Part shown: positions 6,320-15,691 of the stretch, one piece after another
Layout: every line of letters begins with the position of its first letter
Position numbering within the stretch: position 1 is the stretch's first letter
Source of the DNA: an uncultured Terrimonas sp.
GTDB lineage: Bacteria > Bacteroidota > Bacteroidia > Chitinophagales > Chitinophagaceae
Length of the DNA: 28,677 nt
Assembly: GCA_964528095.1 (NCBI GenBank)
Contig: CAZGSG010000029.1
Coordinates: forward strand, 1 to 28,677
Reading direction: 5' to 3'
Made by a program: the position numbers and the translations under genes
Notes under the pieces: model-generated
The model's database searches: none
What the model saw: the letters and a program-made list of their open reading frames with translations, nothing else
What the model was told of the DNA's origin: nothing

Positions 6320-7423
6320 ATGATGAAAAATGTAAAAGTGAATGCCTACCAGGTTGGATTGGTATTTAAAAATGATGGGTACAAAAGAATGCTGACAGAA
6401 GGTTCATACTGGTTCTGGGGTAATGAAACGGTTTTGATAGCTGATGTTACCAAACCATTCATTGCACCCGTGGAGTTGAACATCCTTTTGAAGGATGAAC
6501 AATTGGCAAGTGCATTACATGTTGTTGAGGTTGCTGACAATGAGATCGTATTGTTATACGAAAATGGTTTATTGAAGCAGGTATTGACAGCAGGCAGGTA
6601 TGCTTACTGGAAATCGGTAATAAAATATGAATTTATCAGGGCGGATATCAGTCGTATCGATATTGATCCGGCAATTGACCGGGCCACATTACAAAATAAA
6701 CTGGTAATACCATATGTTCGTACCATCGAAGTACAGAGCTATGAGAACGCCTTGTTGTTTGTAGATGGTCAGTTTGTAAAACAATTGCAGAGCGGTGTGT
6801 ACTATTGGTGGAAGAACAGCATCCTTGTACATATTGGCAAAACAGACAACAGGCAACAGCAGTTGGAAGTAAATGGTCAGGAGATCCTTACAAAAGATAA
6901 GGCAGCCTTGCGGATCAATGCCTGGGCGCAGTATAAAGTGGTGAACATCGAAAAAGCATTGCTGGATAACAAGGAATACAGCATGCAGTTGTACATGGTG
7001 TTCCAGTTGGCCTTGCGGGAATATATCGGTGGTTTGGGTTTTGATGAATTGCTGGAGAAAAAAGAGACCATTTCATCTTTTATATTAACAGCTGTACAGC
7101 AAAAAGCGACAGCGCTTGGTGTGGAGGTAAATGATTTTGGTATCAGGGATATCATATTACCAGGGGATATGAAAGAGATCATGAACCAGGTATTGGTTGC
7201 GGAGAAGAAAGCACAGGCCAACACGATCACCCGGAGAGAAGAAACTGCCAGTACCCGGAGCTTATTGAACACTGCCAAACTGATGGAAGATAACGCGATG
7301 TTGTGGAAGTTGAAGGAGATGGAGTATGTTGAAAAGATCGCGGAGAAAATCAGTAATATCAGTGTGAGTGGCAACGGTGCATTAGTAGAACAATTGAAAC
7401 AGATCTTTGTACCGGCAAAATGA
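6320..7423 (+). CDS. SPFH/band-7 domain protein with three N-terminal repeats of a G-x-Y-x-[FYW]-W motif (EGSYWFW, AGRYAYW, SGVYYWW).
   Basis: C-terminal SPFH-like region (AALRINAWAQYKVVN...REETASTRSL). The repeats were read from the translation. Confidence 0.6.
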   Translation: MMKNVKVNAYQVGLVFKNDGYKRMLTEGSYWFWGNETVLIADVTKPFIAPVELNILLKDEQLASALHVVEVADNEIVLLYENGLLKQVLTAGRYAYWKSVIKYEFIRADISRIDIDPAIDRATLQNKLVIPYVRTIEVQSYENALLFVDGQFVKQLQSGVYYWWKNSILVHIGKTDNRQQQLEVNGQEILTKDKAALRINAWAQYKVVNIEKALLDNKEYSMQLYMVFQLALREYIGGLGFDELLEKKETISSFILTAVQQKATALGVEVNDFGIRDIILPGDMKEIMNQVLVAEKKAQANTITRREETASTRSLLNTAKLMEDNAMLWKLKEMEYVEKIAEKISNISVSGNGALVEQLKQIFVPAK

Positions 7424-7529
7424 ACGGAATCAGTTTAAAGTCCAGAGTTTGATAGTTCAAAGCCACAGGGAAGCAACGGGTGAGTACAAGAACTAAAAAC
7501 CCTGGACCTTAAACTTTAAACCAATAGTA

Positions 7530-8987
7530 ATGGCAAAATTAAAATTAACAGGAAAAGAAATAAGAGCGATAGGCTACCCGGAAGGACCGGTGGTAAGCAT
7601 TGCTATGCAGGTGATGGAGAAGAATTATAAACATCACACAAAGGAAGAAGTCATGGAGATATTACAAAGAGTATTGACGGCGCCGGTAGAATATAAAAAT
7701 GATGCCGTGTTAGCGTTGATCGCAGAACAATTAATACCGGAAGAAGAAACGGGAGCTGATATTTCATTGAATCAAAAAGGGATACAGTTCAATGTTTTTG
7801 GGACTGAACATATCGAGGAAGGCGCTATGCACCAGATGTACCAGGCAGCAAAATTGCCGGTAAGTGTAGCCGGCGCATTAATGCCGGATGCTCATTCGGG
7901 GTATGGTTTACCTATTGGAGGCGTATTAGCTACTGAAAATGCAGTGATCCCCTATGGTGTAGGAGTAGATATTGGTTGCCGGATGTGTTTAAGTGTATTT
8001 GATATTGATCCGAAGGAGTTGGTACAAAAAGAAAACTATTTCACCCGGGAATTGAACGAGGCGACATTATTTGGAAGCGGAAGACAATTCGATCATGCAT
8101 CCGATCATGAAGTAATGGAAAGAGAAGAGTTTTATCAACTTCCATTGCTGAAGAACTTACATGGACGTGCATGGAAACAATTGGGCTCCTCCGGATCCGG
8201 TAATCACTTTGTAGAATTTGGTATAGTAGCGATTACTGAAAAGGATGCGGTGTTGGGTATAGAGCCGGGGACTTATTTGGGATTATTATCCCATTCAGGA
8301 TCGAGGGCGCTAGGCGCCAATATTGCGAACCACTATACAAAGATCGCCAAACAAATGAGGCGCTTACCTGGTGAAGCCAATAACCTTGCGTGGTTGACAT
8401 TGGATGAAGAAGCCGGTATTGAATACTGGATGGCCATGAATCTTGCAGGCGACTATGCATCAGCATGTCATCATATCATTCATGCAAAGATCGCAAAGCA
8501 ATTGGGGCGAAAGCCAATCAAGCGGGTAGAGAATCATCACAATTTTGCCTGGAAGGAAAAGATCCAGGTAGAAGGAGGGGTCAGGGAAGTGATCGTACAC
8601 AGGAAAGGCGCTACACCAGCCGGTAAAGATGTGCTCGGTATTATCCCGGGCAGCATGACAGCCGATGGTTTTATCGTGAAAGGGAAAGGCGAAGAGGCTT
8701 CCGTCAATTCTGCCTCACACGGAGCGGGAAGAAAGATGAGCCGGACAGCTGCAAACAAATCGATCACAGAGCATGCTTTAAAAGATGAATTAAAAAAGTA
8801 TGGTGTGAAACTGATCGGTGGTGGCCTTGATGAAGCTCCTTTTGCTTATAAGGATATTGAAATGGTCATGAAGAGTCAGCAAAACCTGGTAGAAGTATTA
8901 GGAAGGTTTACTCCCAGGATCGTAAAAATGGACGGTGCTAAGCATAAAGTGTGGGGGAAGAAAAGTGACCAGGTGGCAGGCGAGTAG
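7530..8987 (+). CDS. rtcB: RtcB RNA 3'-phosphate/5'-OH ligase.
   Basis: 485 aa. The N-terminus MAKLKLTG..IRAIGYPEGP, plus GSGNHF and the His-rich metal-site motifs (HSGSR, NHHNFAW), are typical of RtcB. Confidence 0.85.
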   Translation: MAKLKLTGKEIRAIGYPEGPVVSIAMQVMEKNYKHHTKEEVMEILQRVLTAPVEYKNDAVLALIAEQLIPEEETGADISLNQKGIQFNVFGTEHIEEGAMHQMYQAAKLPVSVAGALMPDAHSGYGLPIGGVLATENAVIPYGVGVDIGCRMCLSVFDIDPKELVQKENYFTRELNEATLFGSGRQFDHASDHEVMEREEFYQLPLLKNLHGRAWKQLGSSGSGNHFVEFGIVAITEKDAVLGIEPGTYLGLLSHSGSRALGANIANHYTKIAKQMRRLPGEANNLAWLTLDEEAGIEYWMAMNLAGDYASACHHIIHAKIAKQLGRKPIKRVENHHNFAWKEKIQVEGGVREVIVHRKGATPAGKDVLGIIPGSMTADGFIVKGKGEEASVNSASHGAGRKMSRTAANKSITEHALKDELKKYGVKLIGGGLDEAPFAYKDIEMVMKSQQNLVEVLGRFTPRIVKMDGAKHKVWGKKSDQVAGE

Positions 8988-9072
8988 CTAAGAGTTAAAA
9001 GAAGAAAGGAGGTTAAAGAGTATTTCTTATGAATATTTTCTTTAGCCTCCTTTCTTCTTTTAACTCTTAGCT
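8988..9072. repeat. Long palindromic intergenic element: tagctaagagttaaaagaagaaaggagg ... cctcctttcttcttttaactcttagcta. It lies between the convergent 3' ends and probably acts as a bidirectional terminator. It is copy 1 of a repeat family.
   Basis: A 28-bp perfect inverted repeat flanks a ~22 nt loop. It shares ctaagag..taaaaga.aaaggaagg.aaaagag with the element at 14177-14328. Confidence 0.65.
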
Positions 9073-9668
9073 AACTGATTGGCTATTTCCCTCAGGTTGG
9101 TGATAATGATCTTATATCTTTTTTCTTCCCGTCGCATACCCCGCTTACCCAATACAAAATAGGCGTACAACATCCATCCTCCATAAACGGTACTGGCTAA
9201 AATAATGTTTTGCGTAGACCAGTTACGAAAGATCTCGATAAAATAAATAACCATAGCAAGATTGAGTGCAATAAAATAGAATGGCATGTTCCATTTTATG
9301 TGTTTTTTGCTGGAAGAATAATAGGCTTCCCATTGTTGCAAATGTTCTGCTGGAGGAAGGGTATCATCTATGTTTTTTAATTTTCTCCATCCTTTGAACA
9401 TAACAAGGCTTTGCACGAGAACTACCAGCACGATCATGACAAGACCGGCATATGTTAAGGAGGAATGGAAATACAGCCGGGCAAAGAAGCCCGAACAGGC
9501 AATGAAAATACCTGTGATCAATAGCAGGATCGCAGCAATGAGTTTTTCCCGCATCAATTTATTTTTTGAACTGGCAGATTGTTTGATCAGCGTGGCTGCA
9601 TCGATCTTGTTTTTTTCAGCAGGATCAGACTGCTGCCATAGATCTTTTATAGCATCAAAGTCTTTCAT
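9060..9668 (-). CDS. Membrane protein, putative anti-sigma factor partner of the upstream ECF sigma.
   Basis: It overlaps the sigma gene by 14 nt. Hydrophobic helices are present (LIAAILLLITGIFIACSGFF, MVIYFIEIF). Confidence 0.5.
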   Translation of the reverse strand: MKDFDAIKDLWQQSDPAEKNKIDAATLIKQSASSKNKLMREKLIAAILLLITGIFIACSGFFARLYFHSSLTYAGLVMIVLVVLVQSLVMFKGWRKLKNIDDTLPPAEHLQQWEAYYSSSKKHIKWNMPFYFIALNLAMVIYFIEIFRNWSTQNIILASTVYGGWMLYAYFVLGKRGMRREEKRYKIIITNLREIANQLAKS

Positions 9669-10158
9669 AACTGTTATATATTTCGCTTAATTGTTTTTTG
9701 ATACGATGGATCTTTACTCGCAGGTTATTTTCGGTTATGCCTGTTATGTCCGCAATCTCATCATAGGGTTTATCTTCAAGTACCAGGGAAATGATAAGCC
9801 TGTCTGTTTCCGCAAGCCGGCTGATGCATTTATACAAAACCTTTACTTCCTGTTCTTTTTGCTGACCATCTTCCGCTATTGCTATCATTTCCGCATCTAT
9901 TTCTGCAAACGATAATTTCTTTTTTCGCAGGTGAGTAAGACAGGTATTTACGGCTATCCGGTAGATCCATGTACTCCATTTTGCATCGCCCCTGAACCGG
10001 GCCATGGCATTCCAGGCTCGCAGAAAAGTTTCCTGAAGCAGGTCTTGCGCAAGCGCCGTGTCGCCCGTATAGCCGAGACAGAGTTTGCCAATGCCTTCAG
10101 CGTATTGATTATACAAAGAAGTGAATTCTTTTTCCTGCTCTTTCATGAATGGCTGCAA
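9655..10158 (-). CDS. ECF-type RNA polymerase sigma-70 factor.
   Basis: Region 2 LLQETFLRAWNAMARFRG...WIYRIAVNTCLTHLRKKK and region 4 DEIADITGITENNLRVKIHRIKKQL. Confidence 0.8.
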   Translation of the reverse strand: MQPFMKEQEKEFTSLYNQYAEGIGKLCLGYTGDTALAQDLLQETFLRAWNAMARFRGDAKWSTWIYRIAVNTCLTHLRKKKLSFAEIDAEMIAIAEDGQQKEQEVKVLYKCISRLAETDRLIISLVLEDKPYDEIADITGITENNLRVKIHRIKKQLSEIYNSYERL

Positions 10159-10174
10159 ATTACCTGAGTACTGT

Positions 10175-11029
10175 TTATTTTAGAAAACTATCTATTTCAT
10201 TATAAAACCAATCTGGCTGATCATACATGATAAAGTGTTTGCTATTGGCAACATGTATCGTTTTATTTTGGAGGTTGCGGTATTGGTGTTGCAATATGCG
10301 ATAGCTGTTGGCTTCGTTTCCATAAAGACTACCCAACACAAGTACGGGCTGGGTGATCTTTTTTATGTTTTGGCGAAGATCTGTAGTAGACATTTCAACA
10401 AGTGTATAACCCAGTGTTTTCCTGTCGCAGGTATAGCCCCAGGTCGCTATTTGCCTGGCACGCAGGGTATCATTTACCTGGAACAGCATTGCTTTTGTAT
10501 TTTGATCGATATAGCCGGAGTCAGGGATATTCTCAAAACTTTTTGCCGTTGCCGCCGCATCATAACGCGGATCGTTTTTTATAGCCCCGGCTGTAACGGT
10601 TGAATCTGCCATGGCAGAAATAAAGGGAACTCCATCTACACAGATCATTTTCCCGAAAAGACCTGGCTCAAGACTGCTTATCCATAAGCTCATAAATGCT
10701 CCCAGGCTGTGCCCGATCAGCATGGGTTTAGTGATTTGTTTTGTTTTTACATAGCGGATTATTTCATCCCGAACGGTTTTTAATACCGGCGTATCAATAG
10801 CGGGTACGCCGGCATAACCTGCTAAAGTGAACACATGGCATTCGTAGCGCTGTTTCAGGTGATCTACCGTTTCTTTCCATACATCGCCGCTGCAACTATA
10901 ACCCGGGATAAGCAAAATGGGTTTGCCTTTACCGGTTACTTCCACTTTAAATGCTGTGAACGGTTGCGCGGATGTTTGCGCTGCGAACAATAGTGTAAAG
11001 GACCACAGGAATAAAAATATCTTCTTCAT
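10175..11029 (-). CDS. Secreted alpha/beta hydrolase (esterase/lipase-like) with nucleophile motif GHSLG.
   Basis: Signal peptide MKKIFLFLWSFTLLFAAQTSAQ and GHSLGAF. Confidence 0.7.
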   Translation of the reverse strand: MKKIFLFLWSFTLLFAAQTSAQPFTAFKVEVTGKGKPILLIPGYSCSGDVWKETVDHLKQRYECHVFTLAGYAGVPAIDTPVLKTVRDEIIRYVKTKQITKPMLIGHSLGAFMSLWISSLEPGLFGKMICVDGVPFISAMADSTVTAGAIKNDPRYDAAATAKSFENIPDSGYIDQNTKAMLFQVNDTLRARQIATWGYTCDRKTLGYTLVEMSTTDLRQNIKKITQPVLVLGSLYGNEANSYRILQHQYRNLQNKTIHVANSKHFIMYDQPDWFYNEIDSFLK

Positions 11030-11206
11030 TGATTACTATTTAATTACTGGCGGAGCAAGAATATGCGTTTGCTTTCTATAGTTATTGGATGCAAAGGCGA
11101 AAGAATTATTACACGAGCACAACTATTTTTTTTTAAAATCTTGTTGTGCTGAGCTGTTTTGGAGTTTCCGGCGGTATAAATAAACTGTAGAACTTATCTT
11201 CGTCTC

Positions 11207-11896
11207 ATGAAAACAATTGGACTGATCGGAGGGCTCACCTGGCTCTCTACCATGGATTATTACCGGCTGTTGAATCAACTGGTAAATGAAAAGTTGGGCG
11301 GGGTGGAATCTGCGAAAATTATTTTATACTCTGTCAATTTTTCGGAAATAAAGACCCTGACAGAGGCCGGTGACTGGGAGACCATTGCTGATATAATTGG
11401 TGATGCGGGTAAAAAACTGGAAGAAGCCGGTGCAGATTGTTTATTGATCGGTGCCAATACTATGCACAAGATTGCAGATATTGTTCAGGCGGCAATAGGT
11501 ATTCCTGTTATTCACATCGCGGAGGAAACCGCTGCTGAAATACAGAAACAACGCTTAAAAAAAGTGGCGTTGTTAGGAACGAAGTATACAATGCAACTTG
11601 ATTTTTACAAGGAGAAATTAAAGAGACAGGGTATTGAGACCATTATCCCGGATGAGAAAGATATTTATTATATCAATGAAGCTATTTATACGGAAATGGG
11701 CAAAGGGATCTTTTTGCCGGAAAGAAAAGCGGGTTTTATTGCTATTATTAATAAACTAATGAAGGAAGGTGCTGAGGGAGTGATCCTCGGGTGTACGGAA
11801 ATTCCGATTCTGCTGAAGCAGGAGGATCTTACAATCCCTGTGTTTGACACTACAAATATTCATGCGAAGGCTGCCGTGCGATTTGCCCTCGCATGA
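11207..11896 (+). CDS. Asp/Glu/hydantoin racemase family protein (aspartate-racemase-like).
   Basis: MKTIGLIGGLTWLSTMDYYRLLN, plus the later GCTEIP cysteine motif. Confidence 0.7.
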   Translation: MKTIGLIGGLTWLSTMDYYRLLNQLVNEKLGGVESAKIILYSVNFSEIKTLTEAGDWETIADIIGDAGKKLEEAGADCLLIGANTMHKIADIVQAAIGIPVIHIAEETAAEIQKQRLKKVALLGTKYTMQLDFYKEKLKRQGIETIIPDEKDIYYINEAIYTEMGKGIFLPERKAGFIAIINKLMKEGAEGVILGCTEIPILLKQEDLTIPVFDTTNIHAKAAVRFALA

Positions 11897-11925
11897 ATAA
11901 ACCCGGAAAGCAGGGCCGTGTTTTC

Positions 11926-12186
11926 TCATAGACTGGCGCGATTTTCATTTCTTGGTAGTACATCATCAGCATAATCCAGTAATTCGAAAAGATCATACAA
12001 TTCTCCGAGGTAAATATCAAAGTCAGCGGGAAACCCGCTTCTTACCTGGATACTCAAATAATCAAAAAATACACTCCGCAGGTGGCGGCTGAACTCTGCG
12101 GGTGGATGTTGAGAAATGAATTGTTCGAATCTTGTAAACAGGGCCTTTTTCAAATCCTTTCTACGGACACGTTTCTTTTTAGGCAT
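11926..12186 (-). CDS. Small hypothetical protein, 86 aa, with a basic N-terminus.
   Basis: ORF track only. Convergent with the racemase gene. Confidence 0.35.
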   Translation of the reverse strand: MPKKKRVRRKDLKKALFTRFEQFISQHPPAEFSRHLRSVFFDYLSIQVRSGFPADFDIYLGELYDLFELLDYADDVLPRNENRASL

Positions 12187-12319
12187 ATAAAAGAGCTAAT
12201 AATACCGGGACTTCCTTACCACTTGTTGAATATCCTTAGCTGTCTTTTTGTATTTGTGGTCCCAATATCTTTGGAAAGACAGCCTCTATCAGCAAAACAT
12301 CCCGTTTCCTGATTAATTT

Positions 12320-12365
12320 GTTTATTTGTAAGGAAATTGTCTACAAATATAAACAAATTGCTAAT
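12320..12365. promoter_or_regulatory. Near-perfect inverted repeat aatttgtttatttgta ... tacaaatataaacaaatt, upstream of the HTH gene. Candidate operator.
   Basis: Read directly. It lies inside the over-extended ORF-track N-terminus. Confidence 0.4.
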
Positions 12366-12398
12366 TTATTTAGACTTTTTTCTATTAATTTTTTTACC

Positions 12399-12794
12399 AT
12401 GACAGTAGTAGACCGGTTATTTAAATACCTGAAATATAAAAACCTGAATGCCCGCAATTTCGAGCAGGCCTGCAAAGTGGCCAATGGCTATCTTAAAAAG
12501 CAACAAAAAGGCAAGGGCTCAATCGGGTCGGATATTATTGAACGCATTCATAAGCAATATTTCGATCTGAATATACTATGGCTATTGTCTGGCAAGGGCG
12601 ATATGCTTGGCGAAGACCCCAATGCGAATAATACAAAAGCGGAAGAGCATGCACCCCTTTATACTACAGAGGAAAAAATAAAGCTATTGTCTGAGCGTAT
12701 CAGTATGCTTGAAGCGGCGCTGGCCGATAAGGAAAAGATCATTGCCCTGCTTGAAGCGGAGATAGTTAATTCAAAATTTAAAAGTAAAAATTAA
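12399..12794 (+). CDS. Putative DNA-binding protein with a coiled-coil C-terminus. Start revised to MTVVDRLFKYL.
   Basis: The ORF track starts at 12318, but that frame covers an AT-rich palindrome. The internal ATG at 12399 is more plausible. The HTH call is weak. Confidence 0.45.
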   Translation: MTVVDRLFKYLKYKNLNARNFEQACKVANGYLKKQQKGKGSIGSDIIERIHKQYFDLNILWLLSGKGDMLGEDPNANNTKAEEHAPLYTTEEKIKLLSERISMLEAALADKEKIIALLEAEIVNSKFKSKN

Positions 12795-12962
12795 AAAATA
12801 GCCTCTGGAGATAGGGACGGTTTTTGAATTCATTGCAATGTACTATCAATAAATCCGATACAATGTATAAGCGGAAAAATGCAATTCCGGGATGCAAGAC
12901 CAGTTTAAGGACATTATTTTTTAATTTTTACTTTTGAATTTTGAATTTTGCATTTACCCCGG

Positions 12963-14147
12963 CTATACTTTTATATAAATCTTCCTCTTATCCATCCAGT
13001 AACAAATGGCCCACATAAAGGTGATCACACAAAGTGCATATAGTAACGAGCCGAGTTTAGGATCGCCGGGTACGTTCACCAATAACTTAGTATAGAGAAA
13101 ATTCCAGGGATTCACTCCATTTCCCAACTTGATCAGTCCAAGTCCCTTTGGTAAAAATGCGCTCAATGCAAAAACGAATAGCGCGTTTTTCCCAAACACG
13201 GTAAAGAATTGACTAAGCCAGCCCCTTGCGTTCTTTATTTCGATCATATAGATCATTGTGGCAATAGTAATAGTGGCCAATCCTGCGGTATATACAGTGA
13301 AAGAGCTTGTCCAGATCTTTTTATTAATAGGGAAAAGCATGTCCCAGCAAAAACCGGTCACGATTAATGCAACACCGGTTATGAACAGACCTGTAAGCAT
13401 AGGGTAGAGATTGGCAGTTGCGGGCGCATTTTCAAGACCAGGCTGTGGTATTCTGCTTTTTTTCTGTATATAATCTCCGATCAGGTAACCAAAAATGACC
13501 TCGGTTATGGCAGGCAGGGTACTCACAAATCCTTCAGGGTCAAATGGCACTCCCTCGCCTTTATACATATGTGCCACACCCAATAATTTTTTATCGATAT
13601 CGGTTCCGAACCAGCCTGCGAGACTATATGGGTCAGCGGGATTTGCAGCATAACATAAGATCCAGTAGACCAGCAAAAGGAGGAGGCCCGCATAAAAAGC
13701 TTTGCGGAGTTTGAGGTAGTAGATGATAACGGAAGCGAAGAAATAACAAAGAGCGATCCGTTGTAAAACGCCTAAGATCCTGACACCGCTCAGCGGATTG
13801 TTTGGATCTGTCCAGGGCCGGAAAACGAGGCTGCCATCCGCCCATTTTACAAAAGGCCACCAATTGAGAAACAGGCCGATCAGGAAAATAAGGGCTGTTC
13901 TTTTAATCACTTTTCGCCAGAAAGCCGCGTCGCCACCTGCTTCCAACCGGGGCATTACAAAAGCCATTGCATTGCCTACAGCAAATAAAAAGAAAGGGAA
14001 AACAAGATCTGTAGGAGTGAGGCCATGCCAGGGAGCGTGTTCCAGCGGCGCATAGATATGTCCCCAGCTACCTGGATTATTTACCAGGATCATGAGGCAG
14101 ACGGTAGCGCCACGAAAAACATCAAGTGAATAGAATCGTTGGTTCAC
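12963..14147 (-). CDS. Polytopic membrane protein, HGSNAT/DUF1624-like acyltransferase family.
   Basis: The N-terminus MNQRFYSLDVFRGATVCLMILVNNPGSWGHIY is characteristic of that family. About 10 TM helices. Confidence 0.55.
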   Translation of the reverse strand: MNQRFYSLDVFRGATVCLMILVNNPGSWGHIYAPLEHAPWHGLTPTDLVFPFFLFAVGNAMAFVMPRLEAGGDAAFWRKVIKRTALIFLIGLFLNWWPFVKWADGSLVFRPWTDPNNPLSGVRILGVLQRIALCYFFASVIIYYLKLRKAFYAGLLLLLVYWILCYAANPADPYSLAGWFGTDIDKKLLGVAHMYKGEGVPFDPEGFVSTLPAITEVIFGYLIGDYIQKKSRIPQPGLENAPATANLYPMLTGLFITGVALIVTGFCWDMLFPINKKIWTSSFTVYTAGLATITIATMIYMIEIKNARGWLSQFFTVFGKNALFVFALSAFLPKGLGLIKLGNGVNPWNFLYTKLLVNVPGDPKLGSLLYALCVITFMWAICYWMDKRKIYIKV

Positions 14148-14176
14148 AAGAAAGTATTTTGGTTGCTAAATGTAGT

Positions 14177-14328
14177 GAATAACTAAGAGGATAAAAGAGA
14201 AAAGAAGGTAAAAGAGTTAGGCCTATCATAACAGAAGTTGCTGCTTAATATGCGAAACATTCGTGGATATACAACCCGAAGAAGGGCTCTCTTCAACCCT
14301 TTTTCTCTTTTATCCTCTTAGTTAATTG
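14177..14328. repeat. Copy 2 of the palindromic element family: arms aactaagaggataaaagagaaaagaaggtaaaagag / ctttttctcttttatcctcttagtt around a ~70 nt loop.
   Basis: A 24-bp perfect plus an imperfect extended inverted repeat. The arm sequence is related to 8988-9072. Confidence 0.6.
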
Positions 14329-14342
14329 TATTATTTTGCAAC

Positions 14343-14924
14343 ATGCCCCAAGAATCATTTTTTGCCCATCCTACCGCTGTGATCGACCCGGGAGCAACGA
14401 TTGGCACCGGAACCAGGATATGGCATTTTTGTCACCTGATGCCTTTAGCTGTTGTCGGTAGCAACTGTATCCTGGGCCAGAATGTATATATAGACAACAA
14501 TGTTGTTATTGGAAATGGGGTGAAGATCCAGAACAATGTATCCGTGTACACAGGAGTGACTATCGAAGATGATGTATTTCTTGGCCCATCAATGGTCTTT
14601 ACAAATGTGATCAATCCGCGCAGTTTTATAGAGCGAAAAAATGAATTTAAAAAAACCCTGTTGCGCAAGGGATGCAGTATTGGTGCAAATGCCACACTGC
14701 TTTGCGGAGTTGAGATCGGTTCTTACGCAATGATCGGCGCGGGCACCGTAGTGGTAAGTACTGTACCTGCTTATGGATTGGTGCTGGGTAATCCGGGTCG
14801 CCGGGTGGGCTGGATCAGCGAGGCGGGCAGCACACTTAGCTTCACTATCGACGGTTGGGCAGTATGTGAAATAAGCGGCAAAAAATACCGGCTGGAAAAT
14901 GAAATGGTCTTCCCCGTTTTGTGA
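14343..14924 (+). CDS. Hexapeptide-repeat (left-handed beta-helix) sugar N-acetyltransferase, WbpD/PglD/WxcM-like.
   Basis: Repeated [LIV]-G-x-x-x-x-I motifs across IGTGTRIWHF...IGNGVKIQNNVSVY...IGANATLLCGVEIGSYAMIGAGTVV. Confidence 0.7.
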   Translation: MPQESFFAHPTAVIDPGATIGTGTRIWHFCHLMPLAVVGSNCILGQNVYIDNNVVIGNGVKIQNNVSVYTGVTIEDDVFLGPSMVFTNVINPRSFIERKNEFKKTLLRKGCSIGANATLLCGVEIGSYAMIGAGTVVVSTVPAYGLVLGNPGRRVGWISEAGSTLSFTIDGWAVCEISGKKYRLENEMVFPVL

Positions 14925-15011
14925 CTGATTTTCCCGGTTTTTCCGCATCTTAACCCCCTGCTCTCAGTTATCAACTCATGGGGACAAATCCTTCAGAATC
15001 TGCCCATTTTA

Positions 15012-15044
15012 TTGCTTTGCCAGTCCCAATTCCCATTATATTTG
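15012..15044 (+). promoter_or_regulatory. Putative Bacteroidota sigma-A promoter: TTG (-33-like) and TATATTTG (-7 TAnnTTTG), upstream of upxY.
   Basis: Motif at 15037-15044 with a TTG 17-22 nt upstream. A ~100 nt leader follows before the upxY ATG. Confidence 0.3.
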
Positions 15045-15151
15045 CAGCCAAATAACTAACAGATCATCAAAATCTTATTGGTCTGATCGTACCGGTCATG
15101 CAAAAAAAACCTGTGACTGAGGTGGCGAAGCCATCTAAAAATTTATCGGGG

Positions 15152-15649
15152 ATGCGAAAGTGGTTAGCTGTTTATAGCCGGCCGCGATGGGAAAAAAAGG
15201 TAAACCAGCTTCTGGCAGAAAAGGGTTTTGAAAGCTATTGTCCCCTAAACAAAATCCGAAGGAAATGGAGTGATCGGGTGAAGCTGGTAGAAGAACCTCT
15301 TTTTAAGTCCTATATATTTGTCAAAGTGACTGAAGAAGACCGGACTGCCGTTCGCATGACGCCTGGTGTAGTGAATTTTGTATACTGGGACGGTAAGCCG
15401 GCAGTGATCAAAGAAAAGGAAATCAATGCGATCCGGCGTTTCTTGAATGAATATGAGAACGTAGCAGTAGAGTCTCTCGATCTGCGTCTTCGTCAGCGGG
15501 TTAAAATAACTACAGGTCCATTGATGGACCAGGAAGGCGAAGTGTTGAGTGTACGGCACAAAACAGTGAAAGTAGCTATTGATAGTCTGGGATATGTGCT
15601 GGTGGCACATATTGATAGAAGTAGATTAACTTCGGCGCGCCCTCATTGA
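15152..15649 (+). CDS. upxY: UpxY-family (NusG-like) transcription antiterminator for polysaccharide loci.
   Basis: MRKWLAVYSRPRWEKKV...FESYCP...LFKSYIFVKV are typical NusG-N/KOW features. The start was chosen at the internal ATG, not the ORF-track 15098. Confidence 0.75.
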   Translation: MRKWLAVYSRPRWEKKVNQLLAEKGFESYCPLNKIRRKWSDRVKLVEEPLFKSYIFVKVTEEDRTAVRMTPGVVNFVYWDGKPAVIKEKEINAIRRFLNEYENVAVESLDLRLRQRVKITTGPLMDQEGEVLSVRHKTVKVAIDSLGYVLVAHIDRSRLTSARPH

Positions 15650-15691
15650 TTACTTAATGCATTTTTAAACCTTACTAATAAAGGTCATTTC

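Noticed and set aside
9370-10167. ORFs 9370-9690(+), 9691-9915(+) and 9931-10167(+), antisense to the sigma/anti-sigma genes
   Set aside because: The opposite-strand genes carry clear ECF sigma motifs, so these are antisense artefacts.
11113-11160. Hairpin agcacaac-(AT-rich 24 nt)-gttgtgct in the hydrolase/racemase divergent intergenic region
   Set aside because: The long AT loop and short stem could be a regulatory site, but nothing distinguishes it from chance. Kept out of the features.
11897-11925. Possible terminator cccggaaagcagggccgtgtttt after the racemase gene
   Set aside because: The stem is only 3-4 bp, which is not convincing.
13633-14055. ORFs 13633-13863(-) and 13798-14055(+) inside the HGSNAT-like gene
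   Set aside because: They are embedded in or antisense to a 394 aa membrane-protein frame with a diagnostic N-terminus.
14432-14974. ORFs 14432-14695(-), 14589-14948(-) and 14771-14974(-)
   Set aside because: They are antisense to the hexapeptide acetyltransferase, whose repeat structure is unambiguous.
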